Source: Bacteroidales bacterium
GTDB taxonomy: Bacteria > Bacteroidota > Bacteroidia > Bacteroidales > JACABE01
Assembly: GCA_038204725.1 (NCBI GenBank)
Contig: JBBRCQ010000006.1
Location: forward strand, 3,638 to 67,637
Direction of reading: 5' to 3'
DNA: 64,000 nt
The notes beneath the pieces were generated by a model, which saw only the letters and a program-made list of their open reading frames with translations, had not been told where the DNA came from and did no database searches. This document shows positions 34,593 through 42,585 of the stretch, one piece after another. The translations under genes and the position numbers were made by a program. How positions within the stretch are numbered: position 1 is the stretch's first letter; the number at the start of each line of letters is the position of its first letter.

Positions 34593-35957
34593 ATGAATAT
34601 ACGACTCAGACTCACCATCCAATTTACAGCCATTGTAATTTCCATACTGGTATTGTTTTCATCGGCCATCTACTTTTTTTCAGCAAATTTCAGAAAAAAC
34701 GACTTTAATACTCGCCTGGAGGAGAAAGCATTGACTACTGTTAAATTATTAATAGAAGTGAAAGAAGTCGACAGTATTTTGTTAAAAATAATTGACAGAA
34801 ATACAATTAACGTGCTGGAAAATGAAAAGATAGTCATCTATAATACGAAGAATGAGCAAATTTATAGCAATATCGATAAAACCTACCAAAATACAGATTT
34901 TGCGTTGCTTATCAAAATAAAAGAAAAAAAGAAAATTTATTTTTCAAAATATAATATTGAGTATGTAGGGATTGTTTTTAATTTCGACAAAAAAAATTAT
35001 ATTGTAATTGCCTCTGCTTACGATAAATATGGTTTAAAGGAATTAAATAACTTAAAAATCATTCTGATTACAGGCTTACTTGTTTCATTTCTCGTAAGTT
35101 TTTTTGCAGGTTTATTCTATGCTGGCAGAGCAATGAAACCTATTTTAGATGTAATCAAAGAAGTTGATAATATAAGCGCAACAAGTCTGAATACAAGGGT
35201 AAACGAAGGAAATGGGAAGGACGAAATTGCAAGACTTGCCATTACCTTTAACAAAGTACTCGAAAGATTAGAACTGGCTTTTGAAAATCAACGTCAGTTT
35301 GTTTCGGATGTTTCCCATGAACTCAGAACTCCTCTTACTTCATTAACCGGACAGCTTGAAGTAACTTTGATGAAAAAAAGGGAAATAGAGGAATATGAAA
35401 TGCTTTTGAATTCGTTGCTCGAAGATATTAAATCACTTACTTCCTTATCAAATGGTTTACTTGAACTTGCCCATTCAAATATTGATATCCATGCATATAC
35501 GATTACAAAATTAAGAGTTGACGAAGTGTTACTTTCAGCTCAAACTGAATTGCTGAGCCGGAATAAGAAATATTTAATTAATATTGATTTTGATGAAGTA
35601 CCTGATGATGAACAAAAACTAGTGTTACAAGGCAACAACAATCTGCTTAAAATAGCTTTTCTAAATATAATGGATAATGCCTGTAAATTTTCAAATTCTA
35701 AAAAAGTAAATGTGAATATAGGATTTAATTATCAATATATTATTCTAAAGTTTGCTGATAAAGGGATAGGAATTCCAGAACCAGAAACAGATCAGATTTT
35801 TGAACCCTTTTACAGGGCCAGTAATGCAAATGGTAAGCAGGGTCATGGTATTGGATTGTCATTGGTTAAGAAAATTATTGATTTGCATCACGGGATTCTG
35901 GAAATTGAGTCTCAAATGAATGTAGGAACCCAAATTACGATCTCTCTTCCTTATTGA
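34593..35957 (+). CDS. sensor histidine kinase (2 TM, HAMP, HisKA, HATPase_c)
   Basis: FVSDVSHELRTPLTSL H-box, NIMDNACKFS N-box, DKGIGIP and GHGIGLSLVKKII G-boxes. Confidence 0.9.
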   Translation: MNIRLRLTIQFTAIVISILVLFSSAIYFFSANFRKNDFNTRLEEKALTTVKLLIEVKEVDSILLKIIDRNTINVLENEKIVIYNTKNEQIYSNIDKTYQNTDFALLIKIKEKKKIYFSKYNIEYVGIVFNFDKKNYIVIASAYDKYGLKELNNLKIILITGLLVSFLVSFFAGLFYAGRAMKPILDVIKEVDNISATSLNTRVNEGNGKDEIARLAITFNKVLERLELAFENQRQFVSDVSHELRTPLTSLTGQLEVTLMKKREIEEYEMLLNSLLEDIKSLTSLSNGLLELAHSNIDIHAYTITKLRVDEVLLSAQTELLSRNKKYLINIDFDEVPDDEQKLVLQGNNNLLKIAFLNIMDNACKFSNSKKVNVNIGFNYQYIILKFADKGIGIPEPETDQIFEPFYRASNANGKQGHGIGLSLVKKIIDLHHGILEIESQMNVGTQITISLPY

Positions 35958-35972
35958 AACCTGAACTTTAAG

Positions 35973-36005
35973 AACCCTCTTCATTTGGAAAGGGTTATTT
36001 TGATT
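35973..36005 (+). terminator. hairpin after the histidine kinase
   Basis: AACCCT-CTTCATTTGGAA-AGGGTT then ATTTTGATTTTATTT. Short stem. Confidence 0.45.
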
Positions 36006-36265
36006 TTATTTAAAGTGTATTAACCTGGAAATGATCATCGAAATTCAAATAATGTCGTATCCATTCAAACTGATTTTGTTGTTTTTTGTTTATTATTTCA
36101 ATAGAATACAAAAATGATAGCTGAAGTTTTATCTTGAGATGAAGCATTGCAATCATCCATCCATTAAAAATATTCAGTATAATTAACTTCTTTTATTGGT
36201 TGAATGATTCTATTTGTGTGATAATCATGCTGTTTTAAGTTATCGTATAAAAAGCGGATTCAATT

Positions 36266-37417
36266 ATGTTAACTAAATTATTCAACGATTTTTTTGAAAG
36301 TGAAAAGGCAGGAGGACTCATTTTAGTTTTTGTGTCTATTATTTCACTGATTTTGGCTAATTCAATCTGGCAAACAAGTTACATTGAATTTTGGCAAATT
36401 GATATTGGCGGACATAGCATTGTTCATTGGATCAATGATGGACTGATGACTGTCTTTTTTCTACTTATTGGATTAGAGTTGGAAAGAGAAATATACATCG
36501 GAGAACTTTCAAACTTTAAAAGTGCATCGTTACCCATTTTTGGTGCATTTGGAGGCATGCTGCTTCCTGCCGGCATATTTTTGATGTTTAACTTTGGAAC
36601 AGATACGCTATCAGGTATAGGCATTCCAATGGCGACTGACATCGCTTTTGCGATTGGCATTTTGTCTTTATTGGGAAAACGGGTTCCGGTCTCTTTAAAA
36701 ATATTTCTCACCGCATTGGCTGTTATGGACGATCTTGGAGCAATTATTATCATAGCAATTTTTTATACAACCACTTTATCATTTGGAAATCTTTTTATAG
36801 CATTAAGCATATTTGGCTTTTTGCTTTTGCTCAACCGCTTGAAAATTCACAACTTACTACCTTATTTAATTGGAGGTGTAATGATGTGGTATTTTATGTT
36901 AAGTTCCGGTGTGCATGCTACAATTACCGGTGTGTTATTAGCTTTTGCTGTTCCGTTTGTAACTGGTGGCGAAAAATCACCTTCTTATATTCTGCAGCAT
37001 TATTTACATAAAACAGTTGCCTTTATAATTCTTCCGTTATTTGCAATAGCCAATACCAGTATTGCATTAGGCGATAGCTGGCAAAGCGGATTAGAACAAC
37101 CGGGCAGCCTTGGAATTATAGCTGGTTTGTTAATCGGAAAACCATTGGGTATCTGGCTCTTTTCTTTTATTGGAGTTGGGTTGGGTATTTGCGTGTTGCC
37201 AAACGATTTGAAATGGAAAAATATATTCGGAGCAGGAATTTTAGGTGGTATTGGATTTACAATGTCTATCTTTATTACACTGCTTGCATTTGATAATATT
37301 GACGTCATCAACCATTCAAAATTAGCAATTATAATCGCTTCTGTTATTGCTGGATTCATAGGCTATTTTTGGCTTAAGTTAACACTTACAAAGCAGCAGG
37401 AAACGACCGAAAATTAA
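36266..37417 (+). CDS. nhaA: Na+/H+ antiporter NhaA
   Basis: HWINDGLM.VFFLLIGLELERE, PMATDIAFA.GIL and LTALAVMDDLGAIIIIA motifs (the DD pair). Confidence 0.9.
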   Translation: MLTKLFNDFFESEKAGGLILVFVSIISLILANSIWQTSYIEFWQIDIGGHSIVHWINDGLMTVFFLLIGLELEREIYIGELSNFKSASLPIFGAFGGMLLPAGIFLMFNFGTDTLSGIGIPMATDIAFAIGILSLLGKRVPVSLKIFLTALAVMDDLGAIIIIAIFYTTTLSFGNLFIALSIFGFLLLLNRLKIHNLLPYLIGGVMMWYFMLSSGVHATITGVLLAFAVPFVTGGEKSPSYILQHYLHKTVAFIILPLFAIANTSIALGDSWQSGLEQPGSLGIIAGLLIGKPLGIWLFSFIGVGLGICVLPNDLKWKNIFGAGILGGIGFTMSIFITLLAFDNIDVINHSKLAIIIASVIAGFIGYFWLKLTLTKQQETTEN

Positions 37418-37432
37418 TAAAAAGGATATTGT

Positions 37433-37494
37433 ATTATTTTAACCTGATTTTAATGTATGTTTAATTCCAATTTAATAGTAAATCATCAATTTTG
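37433..37494 (+). promoter_or_regulatory. phased-repeat promoter, site 3
   Basis: ATTATTTTAAC CTGATTTTAAT GTATGTTTAAT TCCAATTTAAT. The repeats end at 37443, 37454, 37465 and 37476. CAATTTTG ends at 37494 (18 nt). Confidence 0.55.
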
Positions 37495-37536
37495 TTGAAA
37501 AATTACAGAATTTTTTCAACTATTTACTTTTATTGT

Positions 37537-37570
37537 AATGATTCCCCAATAAGGGAATCATTATTTTTTA
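37537..37570 (+). terminator. strong hairpin plus T-run between promoter site 3 and a micro-ORF
   Basis: AATGATTCCC-CAATAA-GGGAATCATT followed by ATTTTTT. Preceded by a second hairpin, GTTGAAAAA-N9-TTTTTCAAC (37491-37519). Confidence 0.55.
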
Positions 37571-37593
37571 AAAAGTATTAAATTTTAAAGAAA

Positions 37594-37701
37594 ATGGCAG
37601 ATAATAAAACAGAATCAATGGACAAAACGACTAAAATTGCTTTAGTTGTTATCGTATTAGTATTTATAGCACTTATCGTAGTTTATAAAATGACCATGTA
37701 G
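37594..37701 (+). CDS. possible 35-aa single-TM peptide
   Basis: Hand translation: MADNKTESMDKTTKIALVVIVLVFIALIVVYKMTM. Below the track's size cutoff. Confidence 0.3.
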   Translation: MADNKTESMDKTTKIALVVIVLVFIALIVVYKMTM

Positions 37702-37702
37702 T

Positions 37703-37795
37703 ACTTCGACAAGCTCAGTAACCATTCGACAAGCTCAGTAAGCGTCTTTAGTATCGTTCAACGAACCTCTTCGGACTTCTGACTTCGGTATTTCG
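37703..37795 (+). repeat. intergenic word repeats (TTCGACAAGCTCAGTA x2, CTTCGGACTTCTGACTTCGG)
   Basis: The 16-mer TTCGACAAGCTCAGTA occurs at 37705-37720 and 37725-37740. Same vocabulary as 11316-11847 and 51187-51270. Confidence 0.8.
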
Positions 37796-37818
37796 GCTCA
37801 ATCACTGAATCACAAATG

Positions 37819-38697
37819 CTACTTGTACTTCTCATCTTCCTCTTTTAATTTCAGGAAATTAATGGGTATTTTTGTTTCAAGTTCTACAAGTTGTTTGGTA
37901 ACTGGATGCGTAAATGACAAGTGAAATGCATGCAGGCGAATCTGACGTTCATAAGTATCATCAGCACCATAACGTCTGTCGCCAACTATAGGATGACCCA
38001 TATCAGCAAAATGTACACGGATTTGGTTTTTGCGTCCTGTTTCTAATTTAACTTCCAATAAGGTATGTGCTTCCAGCTTTTCCAGCACACGATAATGGGT
38101 AACTGCATATTTGGCTTCATCACTTTCAGGTACTGACATCATGATTTGATGAGGTCCTTCTTTCAGCCAGCTTTTTATACTTCCTTCTTCTACTTCCGGA
38201 TGTCCTTCAACCAAAGCAAAGTAAAGTTTCTCTGTATCCTGCCAGTTTTCTTTCATCAATTGCATCATCTCTTCAGTTTTGGCCAGTAAAATGATTCCTG
38301 ATACTTCTCTGTCGAGCCTGTGGATAATAAAAGCACGTTTTTTACCTCTCGATTCTTCTTTTACATATTCGGTCATCCCATTCAATAATGAAATATTTTT
38401 CTTCCCCGTATCACCATGTGTAAGTATTCCTGCCGGTTTAATGACTGCTACCAGATACTCATCTTCAAAAACTATTTTAAACGGACAACGGGGTTGCTTG
38501 GAAGTATCTACATGTTTAGTGTATTCTACAGATTGCCCTTGCTGAATAATGGTTTCAGCTTTTCTGATTACTTTCCCATTCTCCAGTCGGATACTCCCAG
38601 AGGTAATTAGTTTCTTTACCTTGGTTTTGGATGCACTCCCAAATTCGTCCATTAATATTTCGGATACAGTTGCTGTTTTCTTTGCGGTTATTCTCAT
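37819..38697 (-). CDS. RluA-family pseudouridine synthase with S4-like N-terminus
   Basis: HRLDREVSGIILLAKT catalytic Asp motif, KLYFALVEG and TGRKNQIRVHFA. Confidence 0.85.
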   Translation of the reverse strand: MRITAKKTATVSEILMDEFGSASKTKVKKLITSGSIRLENGKVIRKAETIIQQGQSVEYTKHVDTSKQPRCPFKIVFEDEYLVAVIKPAGILTHGDTGKKNISLLNGMTEYVKEESRGKKRAFIIHRLDREVSGIILLAKTEEMMQLMKENWQDTEKLYFALVEGHPEVEEGSIKSWLKEGPHQIMMSVPESDEAKYAVTHYRVLEKLEAHTLLEVKLETGRKNQIRVHFADMGHPIVGDRRYGADDTYERQIRLHAFHLSFTHPVTKQLVELETKIPINFLKLKEEDEKYK

Positions 38698-38702
38698 TTT
38701 GA

Positions 38703-38784
38703 TTAATGGTTAATGGTTGTTGATATTTGGTGATTTTAAAAAAAGTAACTGATTACTGTTCACTGTTCACTCTTCACTCTTCAC
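38703..38784 (-). repeat. short polar spacer: heptamer array on the transglycosylase stop plus TTAATGG words before the next start
   Basis: + strand TGATTAC TGTTCAC TGTTCAC TCTTCAC TCTTCAC (38750-38784) contains the stop at 38774-38776. TTAATGG TTAATGG TTGTTG (38703-38722) ends 5 nt from start codon 38697. Confidence 0.85.
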
Positions 38785-40789
38785 TATTAAAGTTGTATTC
38801 CGGTTCATCAGGTGTTGAATCTGTGATAATGATGAACTCTTTTGCTGGTCCTTTTAATTCAATTTCAGGTAGTAATTTGTCGGCATCTTCTTGTGTAATC
38901 ATTTCTTTTTTCAACATCCTGCCGGCTGCAAATTTATAATAATTGGCTAGAAATGGTTTGAGTTTACCACTTTTGTCAAACGAATACCTGAACCATTTTG
39001 GATGAGGGATCATACTTGATAAAAACAACGACTCTGCCAGTGTGAGTTTAGATGCATCCTTATTAAAATAGAAATGGGATGCTTCGTTAACACCATAAAT
39101 CATCGGACCCCATTCAATAATGTTGAGATACACTTCAAACATACGTTCCTTTGAAGTCAATCCATTATTTTCAATCAACCATACTATCAATGCTTCTTCC
39201 AGTTTTCGGGCAACCGTTTTGTTGCGTTTGAGAAAAACATTTTTCACCAGTTGCATGCTAATGGTACTTCCTCCTCGTGCAAAGCGTTTGGATTTTATAT
39301 TTTTTGATATGGACGCTTTAAATGATTCGATCAAAAAACCACGATGCCAGAAAAAAGCGGCGTCTTCCGAAATCAGTACAGCATTTTTCAGATAAGGAGA
39401 AATCTCATCTATACGTTTAAAATTAGGATTTTCAGGACCAATTATAAAACTCTTTACCGGTTCTCCTTTTTCAAAAGCAGTATAAAGAAAATCGTCATTC
39501 ATTTTACTTAAATTCGTGTTGCCTTGTTTTGTAATTCTAAAATTATAGCGTTTTAAATCCGATTTAAAGATGATAGAATCCGGATGGTCAATATCCACAA
39601 AAAAATCTAAATCGTAGGCAAGTTCACCTGTGGTTTGTATGCCTTCCAGATTTAAAAACAAACCTTTTGGAATGGATTCAAACAATTCCTGAGCAGGAAA
39701 TCGTTCTTTATGCAAACGCAGGGCAAACTGGCGGGTAGGATTGGGACGATAATATAAGTAAGGATGAAAAGTCAGTTGATTGAAAACGACAATAGATGCA
39801 CTATCTAATTCAAAATAATCACTGCCGGCATTTAATTGATAGGAAATGGAAGCGTTGTTTAAAAATACGTCAGAAGTGGAAATGCGGGCGTTATTAATCA
39901 ATAATCCTTTTACAGATGAAAAACCCTTGATTGTTGTTTTTCCACTCGTCATTTTATTACCGTTAAAACTAAATTGAATCGTATCAAAACTTACACTTGA
40001 TTTCCATCTATATTCAATAAAAGGCAGTTGCACCCTCGAAGTATCAGAAGCATAAAGTTTAAGCTGGACGATCTTTTTGGATGGTTCTATGATGCCTTCC
40101 ATCATCCAGTGCATGGTTTTGTCCTGTTCTGTCAATGAAATGACTGATTTAAACTGATGTTCAATTACAATTAGTTCGGGGAGTGTCATCGTGATCGAAT
40201 GTCCATTGGTATTAGAATGGATAATAAAGTTTTGAATCCTGATATTCGATGGTATTTTATAAAAAACTGCGTTGAGCAAAAGATTGATTTCTGATGCGTA
40301 ATCTTTGGACGTTACTTGTGTTTTTTCCTGAGAATTGCCTTCAAGCTGACGATTCAACAAAAAATTATAATTATTGATGCTGTCTTTTTTAACAAGTGAA
40401 ATACTAGCGTTTTTTAATTCAAAATCAGTTAAGTTAATATTGAAAATCAGCAAATCCCAAAAATTGACTTTTGCATACACCGACTCAACAGTTAGTAAAG
40501 TATCCCCATTGACAGGTTTGAGTGAGATGTTCTTAATCTCAGCGCCACTTAATCCTTTAAAATTAAAATCACCAATATGTAATTCAGCATGATAGGTTTT
40601 GTTAAAATCATCAATATTGCGATGAAGTATTTCATTTACAATGGATCCTCGTAAAAGAAACAATAAGATGACTAATCCTGTTAAAATAGCGGTTGCAATG
40701 ATCAATATTTTTTTCCATTTTAATCTTTGAATAAAATGGAATAGCCAATCAATCAATAGTTTAATAATTTTCAACAATTTTTCAATCAT
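38774..40789 (-). CDS. membrane-anchored protein with C-terminal peptidoglycan glycosyltransferase (GT51 transglycosylase) domain
   Basis: LISEDAAFFWHRGF...RGGSTISMQLVKNVFL...RK..E...V..IE motifs in the last ~200 aa. N-terminal TM plus a ~430-aa uncharacterised region. Confidence 0.8.
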   Translation of the reverse strand: MIEKLLKIIKLLIDWLFHFIQRLKWKKILIIATAILTGLVILLFLLRGSIVNEILHRNIDDFNKTYHAELHIGDFNFKGLSGAEIKNISLKPVNGDTLLTVESVYAKVNFWDLLIFNINLTDFELKNASISLVKKDSINNYNFLLNRQLEGNSQEKTQVTSKDYASEINLLLNAVFYKIPSNIRIQNFIIHSNTNGHSITMTLPELIVIEHQFKSVISLTEQDKTMHWMMEGIIEPSKKIVQLKLYASDTSRVQLPFIEYRWKSSVSFDTIQFSFNGNKMTSGKTTIKGFSSVKGLLINNARISTSDVFLNNASISYQLNAGSDYFELDSASIVVFNQLTFHPYLYYRPNPTRQFALRLHKERFPAQELFESIPKGLFLNLEGIQTTGELAYDLDFFVDIDHPDSIIFKSDLKRYNFRITKQGNTNLSKMNDDFLYTAFEKGEPVKSFIIGPENPNFKRIDEISPYLKNAVLISEDAAFFWHRGFLIESFKASISKNIKSKRFARGGSTISMQLVKNVFLKRNKTVARKLEEALIVWLIENNGLTSKERMFEVYLNIIEWGPMIYGVNEASHFYFNKDASKLTLAESLFLSSMIPHPKWFRYSFDKSGKLKPFLANYYKFAAGRMLKKEMITQEDADKLLPEIELKGPAKEFIIITDSTPDEPEYNFNSEE

Positions 40790-41016
40790 TGTGCAAAAAT
40801 ACTATATATTTACATAGTTATTTTAAAGAAAATAGGATGACTGTAAATATTACAATTCAGAGATCGTTTTTTTGTGATTTTTATGTTACTAAGACATTAT
40901 AACTCATTTTTATATAACATTCTTTCTCTCAATAATCTTTTTGCCAATATAACTTTTAAGTTACAAATAAATTAATCAGGTAATACGGGTTTTTGATAAG
41001 AATTAAAAATTTAAGT

Positions 41017-41538
41017 ATGGAAAACTTTAAAACAATACTCTTATGCAGCATAATGCAAATTATGTTGATAACAAGCTATGGACAGCGTGTATTTATGGTT
41101 GAAAAACCCGGTACTGTTAACAATCTGAAATACAATGTAGGCGATAGAATGGAATTAAAAACCAAAGCCGGTGAACATATTTCCGGAATTATAAATCAAG
41201 TGAGAGATACAGCCATTGTTGTCGATTATATTTTTGTAATGAACGATGATATTAAAAATATTTATACCCGTAGAGTTATTTTCTCAGTATTCTCGGAAGT
41301 AGGTATCAAAGGAGGTATTGGATATGTATTTATTGACGGGTTTAATAATTTAATCAATAATGAAAGTGAAATATTTCGTGAATCTGCCTTAAAAACAGGT
41401 GGTATTATGGTAGGAGCAGGGCTGCTGTTAAAATTAATTTCAAAAAGGAAGCGTCACATCGATAATCAGCATTGGCGGATAAAAGTAATGGATTTCACTA
41501 TTTTAAAAGACCCGGGTATTTATGCCAACCCTAAATAG
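41017..41538 (+). CDS. hypothetical protein with signal peptide
   Basis: ORF only. Start set to MENFKTILLCSIMQIMLITSYGQ. Confidence 0.45.
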   Translation: MENFKTILLCSIMQIMLITSYGQRVFMVEKPGTVNNLKYNVGDRMELKTKAGEHISGIINQVRDTAIVVDYIFVMNDDIKNIYTRRVIFSVFSEVGIKGGIGYVFIDGFNNLINNESEIFRESALKTGGIMVGAGLLLKLISKRKRHIDNQHWRIKVMDFTILKDPGIYANPK

Positions 41539-41747
41539 GATATTTGATAACTGTCATTTTAAAAATAAATCCAATAATGCTGTAAAAATTATAATATTGA
41601 TTATATGATAATTGCAGATAAAGAGATTAAAAAATGATGAATATTTGAAAAAAATCATGTAGGTTTGCAAAAACTGTCATCACAATAAAATTATAAATAA
41701 ACAGTTAGTAATAACTGTGGGTTAATTATTTGCAATAAAACAAAACA

Positions 41748-42575
41748 ATGCGTTGGATTGATTTTCTGAAAAGTCGTTTATTTTTTAAACATCTGCTATT
41801 GGCTACAGGACTAGCTTTTGGAATATTATTTTTAATTATATTCTCTTTGAGCTCCTATACACATCATGGTGAATTTTATACTGTACCCGATTTTAAAGGG
41901 AAACAACCCAGTGAGTTGTTACAGTATGCAGAAGAAAACGGATTTGAGTTTGTGGTTGTTGATTCCCTTTACAATGCTAAATTACCAACAGGAAGTATTT
42001 TATTGCAGGATCCCTTAGCTGATTCAAAGGTAAAACATAGTCGAACCATATATTTAACCGTTGTTTCTTCGGAACCTGAAAAAGTAGGTATGCCCGATTT
42101 GAGGGATTTATCGTTGCGACAATCTATATCATTACTCGAAACATATAATCTTCAGGTAGGTTCGTTGGAATACATCCCTGATATGGCAAAAAATGCAGTA
42201 TTACATCAGAAATTTAAAGGTGTGGAAATTGAACCTGGAAAACCCATCAAAAAGGGATCCCGCATCGATTTGGTGTTAGGACAAGGAATGGATGGAAACA
42301 AAATGCAAATTCCTTTTTTGTTGGGAAAAAAGCAAAGTGAAGTGTTGAAAATATTGAGAGCTTCGTCTTTAAATATTGGTTCCGAAGTATTTGAAGATGG
42401 TAGAGATACTGTAAGGTCACGTGTATTTCGTCAGAGTCCTGCATTTGGTTCAGGTAAAGTGATTCAAATGGGTCAAAGTATTGATATTTGGTATCGCTCT
42501 GATAAAAAAGTTAATTTTAAAGAACTCATTCAAAATTATAAATACGATTCTATAGCCGATGAATCCGATTTCTAA
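41748..42575 (+). CDS. PASTA domain-containing membrane protein
   Basis: N-terminal TM, then three repeats of the PASTA-like pattern (VPDFKGK...E....L......F......VV; MPDLRDLSLRQS...L; IPFLLGKKQSE...L). Confidence 0.7.
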   Translation: MRWIDFLKSRLFFKHLLLATGLAFGILFLIIFSLSSYTHHGEFYTVPDFKGKQPSELLQYAEENGFEFVVVDSLYNAKLPTGSILLQDPLADSKVKHSRTIYLTVVSSEPEKVGMPDLRDLSLRQSISLLETYNLQVGSLEYIPDMAKNAVLHQKFKGVEIEPGKPIKKGSRIDLVLGQGMDGNKMQIPFLLGKKQSEVLKILRASSLNIGSEVFEDGRDTVRSRVFRQSPAFGSGKVIQMGQSIDIWYRSDKKVNFKELIQNYKYDSIADESDF

Positions 42576-42585
42576 ATTCATATTT

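Noticed and set aside
36070-36102. A possible fourth, degenerate copy of the phased TTTAAT motif upstream of nhaA (CTGATTTTGTT GTTTTTTGTTT ATTATTTCAAT).
   Set aside because: The half-sites are degraded to TTGTT/TTCAAT and no TTTG-ending -7-like box lies 18 nt downstream. Kept only as a note for PWM scanning.
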